Source of the DNA: Dictyostelium discoideum
Lineage: Eukaryota
Assembly: GCA_000004695.1 (NCBI GenBank)
Contig: CM000152.2
Span: forward strand, 2,400,001-2,464,000
Direction of reading: 5' to 3'
Length of the DNA: 64,000 bases
Shown: in pieces, positions 50,405 through 64,000 of the stretch
How the letters are laid out: each line of letters starts with the position of its first letter
Position numbering within the stretch: position 1 is the first letter of the stretch
Position numbers and translations under genes: made by a program
The notes under the pieces: model-generated
Database searches by the model: none
Told to the model about the DNA's origin: nothing
What the model saw: only the letters and a program-made list of their open reading frames with translations

Positions 50405-52792
50405 TTTTTTAATGTAAACCAGGCCCAGATGGAATTCCAAACTTATTCTACATAACACACAAAGAAAAACTAGCTCCAATACTGGCCTCAGCATTCAACG
50501 ACACTCTAAGAAATCCTCATCTAATTAGCAAAAATTACAAAGAAGGCCTCATTATCACGATACCTAAAAAGGGAGACCCCGAACTAATCAAAAACAGAAG
50601 ACCAATTACACTGGCTAACTGTATATATAAAATCCACTCAAAACTAATAAACAATAGAATAATCCCAATACTAACGAAAGTGATCAACCACAATCAAAAA
50701 GGTTTCGTACCAGGCAGATTCATTCTAGATAATATCATATCAATGAACGAATTAATCAACTATTGTAATGATAAAAGAATTAACGGAATAATTACACTAT
50801 ATGATTTCGAAAAAGCCTTTGACTCGATCTCACACGGTTCAATACTCAGATCACTACAACACATCAACATTCCAACCAATATAATCAACCTGATAATGAA
50901 TCTACTCACCAAATCTGAAGCAAGAATTGAAATTAATGGTAGAACTACTATACCCTTTGAGATCAAAAGAGGAGTTAAACAAGGAGATCCACTATCACCC
51001 ACCCTGTTCGTCCTTGTAATAGAGGCTTTAGCTAGAAAAATTTTACAAGATGACCGAATTACTGGCCTTCCTCTAAACAACAGCAACCACAGAGAGAAAT
51101 TCCAAAGCTTTGCAGACGACTCGGCTTCAATGGTCCCAGACTCTCAACAACTTGAATTAGTACTACAACACTTCAATTCATTTTGCAAAGCCACTTCCTC
51201 AAAACTAAACATCGACAAATCTTCATCAATTCTTATAGGCAACCCAGACAATACCAACCAAAGAATTCCAATATCTACAAATCCAGAAAGATACTTGGGA
51301 TACTTCTTCACAGGCAAAGGGATAACAAGAAAAATGCCAGAAATATTAAACACAATAAGATCATCCTTAGTACTATGGAAAACCACTGACTCAACAATCA
51401 AAACCAAAACCAACATCCTCAAAGCATTCGCACTCTCTAAATTAACCTACTATTCATATGTAGAGAACTTTAAGGAAGAGGAATTAAACCAAATCAATAA
51501 ATTAGTCGAATGGTTTTTATCGGCACCAAACAACAAAAATGCTAGTGGATTTCAAGTTATTAATTTAATGAGAACCAAAAGAGCAAGATACCCACTAAAA
51601 GTAGGAGGCTGGAACATTTGGAATATAGAATTGAGACAACTGGCGCAGAAACTTTGGATCATAAACCAGTTCATCCTAGCACTAGAAACCAAACAAACAA
51701 ACTCATCTCATCACAAAAGCTGGGAATATCAGATCCAAAAAAACAAATTCACATCCAGATACCTAAAAGAAAACTTAGACGAATGGAACAAAATAAGAAT
51801 AAAAAAAGCAATCTTCAACAATAATCTCACATCCATAAAAAACGAAAATGGACAACCACTTTCACTGGCAGAATGGTATACCACAATTCAAGACCAAAAT
51901 CCAACCATCCCTAAAACGGAATTCCAATCATCTCTAAACTTAAGAGGCTACAGCTATAATCAACTCTTCAACAACATACTGAAGATAAAAGACCCTAAAA
52001 CAAGAGACACAATGTTTAGATTCCATGCCAGATGCCTTCCAATAAACTACCTTCACAACAAACAATGCCCACTCTGCAAAGAAGATATGAGCAAAGACCC
52101 ATACGGTCACCTGTTCTTCTCATGCAAGAAAACAAAACAATTCATAAAAATAAATAAACTCAAAAATTTCATCTATATTACCACAGGCAAAGGTAAAAAC
52201 TGGCACCATACAAGAATTAGGCAAAATAACAATTTCATTAATAGAATAACTCCAAAATTATCACCGACAGCCAAAAAAGATCAAGAAGTGAATGCAGATT
52301 ACGCCAACCACAGATTCCACAAAGAATACTTTGAATGGAACTATAAAGCAATAGACTATGATCTAACCAGATCATTCGCATATAGAAACCTAATGGCCCT
52401 TATCCTCCACAACATTTGGATTTGGATTTGCAATCAAATATACAGTGAAGATCCTTTAACAAATGAATCACTATCATACAGCTCCCTTCTAAAGAAATGG
52501 CACAAATTGGCCACTCTAGAATACATCAAAAAAGCAAAAGATCTGAAAAACTTATCAGCAAAAGACCATAATAACTTCAAAGATCCTAAGATCCTTCTCA
52601 CTTCAACGATCAAGCTAAGAAAAACAACAGCTAATTACTATTGTATTCCAGAATCATCTCTCCCAAATATTATATCTTTTGATCAATTCATATGATTAAA
52701 ATAACCCTTCAGCTTAAATGATAAGCCTTTAAATAAATATTAAATAAAACTCGTATTAACACAGATGGACATATATCAATCTTGTTAATCCA

Positions 52793-52826
<34 letters not shown>
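50405..52826 (+). mobile_element. 5'-truncated non-LTR (LINE-like) retrotransposon in the TRE3 configuration: about 40 bp downstream of tRNA-Cys, same orientation, poly(A) tail
   Basis: Open frame from 50413 to TGA 52695 encodes the RT domain (PGPDGIPNLFY..., GFVPGRF, KAFDSISH, QGDPLSP, FADD) and a C-terminal CCHC-like CPLCKEDMSKDPYGHLFFSC. There is no ORF1 and no apurinic endonuclease domain upstream, so it is 5'-truncated. A27 at 52800-52826 marks the 3' end. The boundaries are approximate. Confidence 0.8.
50413..52695 (+). pseudogene. Truncated ORF2 (reverse transcriptase plus zinc knuckle) of the retrotransposon
   Basis: As above. It lacks a start codon and the N-terminal endonuclease. 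The ORF-track start at 50680 is a GTG inside the RT domain. Confidence 0.75.
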
Positions 52827-52828
<2 letters not shown>

Positions 52829-53261
52829 AATAAAGGAACACACAATTAATATTATATGAATGCTGTAAAGAGTGAATCAAAACTAACTTTATTTTTTTCA
52901 TTTTTTTCAGTTTTTATAATTTTCGAGTTTTCATTATTTTCGGCCGAGGAGTTTCGAACGAAAACTCTAAAACATATAAAAACTAAATAAATTAATTATT
53001 ATTTTAATTATTATTGTTTAATTCATTACAATTTTTTTTTAATAAAATATTTATTTGTCAATGGAGATCTTTACTTTTTTAGGAAAACATACAAACAATA
53101 ATAGATTTTTTAATATATTTTTCAATGCATTCACCCAAATTATATTACTTTTTTTAATAAAAATATATTTTTAATTACATAATCAATGATATTTAGTTTT
53201 GTTTTTACTTTAATATTATTTATTTATTTATTTATTTGATTATTTATTATTTAATTATTAA

Positions 53262-55518
53262 TTAATTTTTTGGAGGAATTGCTAATGATAAAATTGAAGG
53301 ATGAACATTTACAATTGCTTTTTGGAAATTTTCAGTACCAAATAGATTTGAACATTCTTGAATCTTTTGATATAAATAAGTTGAGAGATCAATAGTAGTA
53401 AGTGGATCAACTTGAAAGATATGATCGGATTGAATTTGAACGCCACTAACTTCATCTCCATCATTGCAATAGATATCATCATGTGTGATATCAGAGATAT
53501 CAGCTCTTATACCAACTACATTTGTAATGATTTCACCAATTTGTGGATAAACCTCTTCTCTTGGAATTGCCAAAAGATTTGAAAGACCAATTGCAATTAG
53601 TTTTCTTTGATCACTTGAACTTGTTGAATCAATTTTATCAAAATAAATTTCAAAGAATTGTTGTAAAAGTTGAGATTTATTTTGTGGCATTTCTTTAATT
53701 TTACTTTGACCATCATCGTCATCGTCATCATCATCATTGTTATCATTATTAAAATTTGAAGGATCATAATATTCACCATCTTTATCTAATAACTCCAATG
53801 GATAACGATCAAATAATTGAAAGAATGATAAAGGATTCATTGTCATAATTCTTGAAAATATTGAAAAGTATTCAATTAATACCAAAGTACTCGTTTCTTT
53901 ACGACTAATGATTAATGATAAAATTTTGAATAAACATTGTTCAATTAAGAGTGTTATAGAATCTTGAGGATTTGGTACGACTTGAATGATTCTCATTATT
54001 GCACTTACTATGAGTTCAGTGTATTCTTCACCTAGATCACCAATGATATCGTATAGGGTTGAGGATAATTCAGCACCATAAATTTTGAGGAAATCAATTT
54101 GACCCAATAATAAATAAGTATCCAAAATTTTGAAACAAATTTCTGAATTCTCCAATGACTGAGCAATGATTGTAAACCAATGTTTAAACATTTGAATCAA
54201 TGGTTGTTGAGGTTGTGATAAAGTTGGTACCAACACCATGGTTCTATACCAAAGCTCCAAACCATCCTCCAAGAGGTAAACTTTCTCATCTTCTTGAGAG
54301 ATTGAAAACTCAATGATTGGGAAGAGTAAAGAGTAGAAATCAGCAGGATCACTATTTAAAGCTTGTAAAAAGAATGCAAATGAACGTAACACTGCACTCT
54401 TTACAATTGGTTGTTCCTTACCGCCATTCCAAAGATGTTGAAACAATTGTAAGATCACTGTTGAGAATGGTTTGATGCTTTCATTGAATTTAACGAAAAT
54501 CGAGGCTAAAGCAGAGAGTAAATTTGATTTTGTGGTTTCGTTAGTGGATCTTGAGAATAAACCAATTACAGATTCCAAGGTTTCTTTTAGATAAGGTTGG
54601 TAGGAATGATGATCGAAATTGAAATCATCGATATAGGCCTTCAACGCGTCCAATGCTGTCAAGGCGATAACAATATCGGAATTCTTTAAAAACTCTAATA
54701 AAAGTTTAACAACACTCTCTTTATATTGATCGGGTATTTTACCCACCCAATAACTGACCAACCAAAGGATACGACGTTTAATAATCTTAAATCTTTCATC
54801 TGCACTATGTAACTCTGGTACGAAAATCGATATAAACACTTGTGAAAAGTTTACAATATCCATTAGATCATGGTACCCCAACCCAATGGTCATATAACAT
54901 GCCTCCTTTAGACAAATCTTCTCGCTGGTTAACTCTGTATTGAACGATGGTGATGTCACAAACTCCAACATTGACACGACGATCGACACTGAATCTTGGT
55001 GGAAATGTCTCATCAAGAGTATGAATAGATTGTAAGCCGATGGTTTCAATTCGTATACTGAATCGTTGACTTGTAACTCTTGAATATACTCCTCGGGTGA
55101 ATCTTCCCATCTTTCAACCTCTTCTCTATTTATAATTAAATAATGTGATACCAATGCCTTCAACAATTCACTTAACAACTCTTTATTAAAGAATTGTTTA
55201 ATAGTTTGTTGTGCAATTTGAATCGATCCATTACCATTTATCTTTCCACCTGATTTTATTGCTAAATTACTAATACTCTGCTTCTCATCTGTCTCTGAAT
55301 CTAAATAATCACCTTGATACGATGAACAATCAATTACCTGCTTTAAAAAGTTTAAACTTTGTGTCATCACTGATTGATAATCCTCTGTCGTATTCCATTC
55401 AATCTTTAATTCATCATGTGGATTATAATATAAACATTGACCAGCAAAAAATCTTAAACTTGGTAATAATAAATTTATAAATGTTAATGGGTTTTGAAGT
55501 TGTGATTTAATAATTGTC

Positions 55519-55583
<65 letters not shown>

Positions 55584-56643
55584 TTTTGTTGTTAGTATAT
55601 CTTTTTTTTACTACCACTACTATTTACTATTAATGCTTACTTTTTGATTAATATATATAAATTTATCAACTAATTCTAATATTTTTGGATTTGTAACTCT
55701 TGTTCTAAGTTTTAAAATCTCTGGTAAACCTGTAAATATATCTGAAAAGTATTGACAAATCTCTGGTGAATTTTGATAATCTGTATAACCATATTCAACA
55801 ACTCTTCTTAAAATTTTAGATACATAATATACCAATATAAAAAATGATTCATGTTGTGCTAAATTACCACCTTCTATCATTAATTCTATTAATCTTTTAA
55901 CACCACTTCTCCAAATTTGAATAAAATAATTAAATATTGTATTTGAAAACTAGTTTATTTAATAAAATATATATAGTTAGAAAACTTGTATATAAATATA
56001 TATTGTATAGTAATAAATAAAAAATAAATACATACTTGACTAAAGAAAGTTCTATCAATAACAAATCTTCTTGAAGCTAATTCTTTAACAACAAATTTAA
56101 TAGTTTTTAGAGATACAATTTTAATTTGTTCACTTGATGATTTTTCAAATAATTCTAATAAATTTGTTAAAAGGTTTGGCCAATTTGAAGGAAAATCAAC
56201 TCTAGCCATTGTACCAATTACTCCTGCTAATATATCAACTCCATTTTTACATGTTTCATTTGGATTATTTAATAATAACAATACTCTATTTCTATAATCT
56301 TGTTTTTCTTCCTCTGAAAATAAAGTATTATCTCTAAAAATATATATATATATTAATTAATTGAAAATGTTACCAAATGATAATGATAATAATAATAATA
56401 ATAAATTAAAAATATATATATTATTTACTTTCTTCTCCAATTATTTGTAATTATATTTTTAAATAATACTATTGAAAGGTTTCTTATTGATTTATCAATT
56501 GATTGATCGCCAAAGATTTCTAATAAAATCGATGAGAAACCTTTTTCTCTTGTTAATAATTGTACTTGAGATTCTGCTTGTACTCTAGTATGATCACTTG
56601 ATAATGTTGCTTGTAATAATTGTGCAACTATCTCTTTATTCAT
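53262..56643 (-). CDS. Importin-11 (importin-beta family nuclear transport receptor), 4 exons (56643..56429, 56329..56036, 55950..55641, 55517..53262)
   Basis: Exon 1 MNKEIVAQLLQATLSSDHTRVQAESQVQLLTREKGFSSILLEIFGDQSIDKSIRNLSIVLFKNIITNNWRRK matches the importin-N domain of IPO11 (…NVRWLAVLYFKHGIDRYWRR). Three introns of 99, 85 and 123 bp have GTAAAT, GTATGT and GTAAGC donors and ...tttag/...ctag/...attag acceptors. Phases 2, 0, 0 are all consistent. Total about 1025 aa. Confidence 0.8.
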
Positions 56644-57118
56644 TATGTAGTTGAGAGTTGGGGTGTGTTCTTTTTTTACTTTTTTACTAATTTTTTTACT
56701 TTTTTTTTTTTTTTTCTTTTTTTCTATTTCTATTTCTTTTCTTTATAATTTCTTTTCTTTTATTTACTTTTTTATTTTTTTCTTTATTTTCTTAATCTAA
56801 AAACATATAAATAATTAGTGGCTAATTGTACAATGCAAAAGTTCAAAAAAAATAAAAAAAATAAAAAAAAATTTATTTAGCAGACCGTCCAAAAACATTA
56901 AAAATTTTCAAATATAATTTTTTATTTTTTATTTTTTTTTTTATTTTATTTTTTTTTTTTTTTATTAATATAATATTTTAAATATGATAAATGGTTATAT
57001 CTTGCTTACCAAGGTATTTATATATTTTTATCCCAAAATGCATTTTCCATTTTTTTCCATTTTTTTTTTATTAGGTTCGTTTGCCTTTAAAAAGAATATA
57101 AAAAAATGTTCCCATTGA

Positions 57119-57173
<55 letters not shown>

Positions 57174-57401
57174 TTTAAATTTCCAATTAATCTATTTTGT
57201 TTTTTTTTTTTTTTTTTTTATTTCCCAACTTATACAAATAAACGACAAATTATTTTAAAAACAAAAAATGAAATTAATTTTTTTATTTTTTATTTTTTTT
57301 TTATTTTTTTATTTTCCTAAAAAAAAGCATTTTGAAATTTTTAAAAAAATCTTTTTTTTTTTCAAACACAACTTTAATAAACTTTTACCAATATAAATAC
57401 A

Positions 57402-57754
57402 ATGACAAATAGAATTTTCGTAGCCCGTATTCCATGGTCAATTTGCAAAATTGCATTAAAAACTCATTTTTCTAAATTTGGACCAGTTTCAGATGGTTAT
57501 GTCGTTTTAGTAAGTAAAATTTCCATTAGTTAAAAAAAAAAAAAAAAAAAGAAAAATTCAAATATTGTTTGAAATAGAACTATAAATATATTAATAAAAT
57601 TTCATTTTAATAGGATCGTATTACTAAAAGATCAAAAGGTTTTGGTTTTGTTACTTTTGATAATGCAGAATCAGCCCAAAATGCTGTAAATAGTGTACAT
57701 GAAATGGATGGAAGACAATTAGTAGTTAACTTAGCATTTGGTAAGTTTAATTAA
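57402..57754 (+). CDS. Small RRM-domain RNA-binding protein, 2 exons (57402..57509, 57614..57754)
   Basis: Exon 1 is MTNRIFVARIPWSICKIALKTHFSKFGPVSDGYVVL with donor GTAAGT. Exon 2 is DRITKRSKGFGFVTFDNAESAQNAVNSVHEMDGRQLVVNLAFGKFN*, where KGFGFVTF is the RNP-1 motif. A strong GTAAGT also sits at 57741, so a third exon is possible. Confidence 0.6.
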
Positions 57755-58046
57755 TTAAAATTCAAAATTTGTCAATAATAATAAAAATAATAATAATAAT
57801 AAAAATAAAAGTAAAAATAAAAAAAAATCAAACCTTATTAACCCTTTTTTTTTTTTATATCTTTTATATAGATAAACTTAAAACTAATTAATAATAATAA
57901 TAATAATAATAATAAACCAATATAAAATATATATAAAATAGTAATAAAGAATTGTAAAATTTCTAAACCAAAACTATTCTTTTTCTATTCTTTTTTTTTA
58001 TTTTTATTTTATTTTATTTTTTGATCATACTTTTTTTTATTTACAT

Positions 58047-58141
58047 TTATACAAGAGGTTGGAATGGTGATTTATCAGTTGGTGTATCAGGTTCTTTATT
58101 GACTTTTCCTGTTATCATCTTTGATAAATAGAGATGTTAGT

Positions 58142-58178
<37 letters not shown>

Positions 58179-58217
58179 AAAAAAACAAACATAGGTGTGT
58201 TGGGGGGAAGAAAGAAG

Positions 58218-58251
<34 letters not shown>

Positions 58252-58484
58252 AAAACACATACTCCTTCTTGGATTTTCATTAAACAATCTCTACCAACCA
58301 TAACTAATTGTACAACTTTAGTTGGATCTCTTTCAAATCTATTTTGTTCAAATTCTTTACGTGTACTTTCTTTTAAAACAGAGCTCCATAATATACCTTG
58401 TTCATTTGGATGATTAAAATGTCTGATGGTTCGTAAAATATCTCTATATAATCTAATTGCTTCTCTTTTTCCTGTTGTTGCCAT
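58047..58484 (-). CDS. LYR-motif (Complex1_LYR / LYRM family) protein, 2 exons (58484..58263, 58118..58047)
   Basis: N-terminus MATTGKREAIRLYRDILRTIRHFN... has L-Y-R and downstream F motifs typical of the LYRM/ISD11 family. The frame runs into poly-Phe from a T37 tract unless spliced at GTATGT (58262) to the first AG (58119-58120), which gives ...KIQEG-MITGKVNKEPDTPTDKSPFQPLV* for 96 aa total. Confidence 0.55.
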
Positions 58485-59164
58485 TTATTTTTTTTTTTTT
58501 TTTATTTTTTTTTTTTTTTTTGTTTTTTTATTTTAAATTTTGTTTTTTTTAAAAAAGAAAATATTGGTTTCGCTAAAATGAAAATAAAAAAAAAAAAAAA
58601 AAAATATTTTAAAATTGTGAAAATAAAAAAAAAAAAAAAAAATAAATAAATGAAAATAAAAAAAAAAAAAAAAAAAAAACCTTTTTACTTCTTAAAAAAA
58701 AAAAAAGAATTACATTGTTTGTAAAATTTTCTGGAAATTAAATTATTTAATAATTTCCTTTTATTGACAGGAAAACCTTTTTTTTTTAATTTTGTTTTTT
58801 TTTTTAATTAATTAAAAAAAAAAAAAAAAAATAAAAATCAAAAAAAAAAAAAAAAAATTGTTGAGTTTTTTTTAAATTCTTTTTTATTTTTTTTTTTTTT
58901 TTTTTTTAATTTCATTTTTTTTTTTTTTTTTATTTATTTATTGAAAATTTAACTATACAAACACCATAGTGGCATACTACGGTTTCTTTCATTGTATAAT
59001 AAAACACAACTTCATTCAAAACACATTAATAAAAAAAATAAAATAAAAAATTGACATAATAGTAAAGAACATATAAGTAATACTATTAAACATATAAATA
59101 ATAAAAATAAAACACTACAAAAAAGAAAAAATAAAAAAAAATAAAAAAAAATAAAAATAAAATT

Positions 59165-59195
<31 letters not shown>

Positions 59196-59289
59196 AAAAA
59201 AAACAATAAAATAAACCACTTCTAAAATAATTTAAAAATAACTGTACATTTCACCTATAAATAGATAATTTAAACATAAAAATAAATAT

Positions 59290-59355
59290 CAACAACAAAA
59301 CAAAAAAAAACAAAAAACAAAAAACAAAAAACAAAAAACAAAAAACAAAAAACAA
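59290..59355 (+). repeat. (ACAAAAA)n heptanucleotide microsatellite, about 9 copies, in the 5' leader of the MYST gene
   Basis: caaaaaacaaaaaacaaaaaac... lies directly upstream of ATG 59375. Confidence 0.85.
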
Positions 59356-59371
59356 AAACAAATAAATATAA

Positions 59372-61348
<1,977 letters not shown>

Positions 61349-61692
61349 ATAATAAAGATTTTTTTTTTTTTTTTTCAATTAAAAAATAATGTATTTAAAT
61401 ACATTTATTTATATATTTATTTTCTTTTATTATTGTTTATTAATCAAATCATTTCAAAAGTTAAAGTTTTTAGGGGGAATAGCTCCACAATTCAAAATTT
61501 TCCCTCTTTTTTTTTTTTTTTAATTTTTTTCAAAATATTTTTTTTTTATTTTTTAAATTTTAATTTTTTTTTTTTTTTCTTTTCTCAAACAAATAAACAA
61601 ACAAATTAACAAATAAACAAATAAACAAATAACTTTATAAGAATAAAATACATACATACATACATATAAGCAAATAAATAAATAATAACAAT

Positions 61693-64000
<2,308 letters not shown>

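Noticed and set aside
50144-50494. 116-aa minus-strand ORF spanning the tRNA-Cys gene
   Set aside because: It overlaps a well-formed tRNA and the 5' junction of the retrotransposon. It has hydrophobic junk composition and a non-ATG start.
57741-58120. Third exon for the RRM gene (GWNGDLSVGVSGSLLTFPVIIFDK*)
   Set aside because: It is not the first AG after the donor and needs a 315-bp intron. It also overlaps the better-supported terminal exon of the convergent LYR gene. Read-through termination (…GKFN*) is more parsimonious. It is kept as a finding because the GTAAGT donor is perfect.

Overview
This window is not prokaryotic. It is an extremely AT-rich eukaryotic chromosomal segment with the hallmarks of Dictyostelium discoideum: about 78-80% A+T, long poly-A/T tracts, in-frame (AAT)n/(CAA)n tracts encoding poly-Asn/Gln, short AT-rich GTAAGT/GTATGT...AG introns of roughly 85-365 bp, tRNA genes with a downstream extra B-box, and a tRNA-gene-targeted non-LTR retrotransposon. 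No CRISPR arrays, operons or prokaryotic defence or secretion systems are present. Most gene models required manual intron inference, because the supplied ORF track treats TTG/GTG as start codons and ignores splicing. About 30 protein-coding genes can be supported. Those recognisable by similarity are: a Tudor-SN/SND1 C-terminal fragment, an HMG-box protein, a SAP-domain SARNP/Tho1-like protein, a 1377-aa low-complexity protein with a cluster of TPxK (CDK-consensus) repeats, histone H2AX (C-terminal SQ motif), a signal-peptide plus TM glycoprotein, two ankyrin-repeat proteins, a biotinidase/vanin-type CN-hydrolase, DENR (SUI1 domain), a syntaxin-type SNARE, a CH-IQ-DH-PH-ArfGAP-PH Rac-GEF matching the GxcDD architecture, two tandem paralogous NAD(P)-binding Rossmann proteins with a 5' gene-conversion tract and a multi-exon EF-hand gene nested between them, EFL1/Ria1, importin-11 (4 exons), an RRM protein, a LYR-motif protein, a MYST histone acetyltransferase and a POLD3/Pol32-like protein. 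Two tRNA genes are present: tRNA-Asn(GTT) with a downstream ex-B box, and tRNA-Cys(GCA) followed about 40 bp downstream by a 5'-truncated, poly(A)-terminated non-LTR retrotransposon in the TRE3 configuration. Points worth a second look are a 5.8-kb gene-free divergent intergenic region with GC-richer islands and one DUSE-like motif, a duplicated CGCGCC-containing promoter element, several inverted repeats, and ambiguous splice choices. All similarity calls rest on my reading of the translated sequence. No database search was run.
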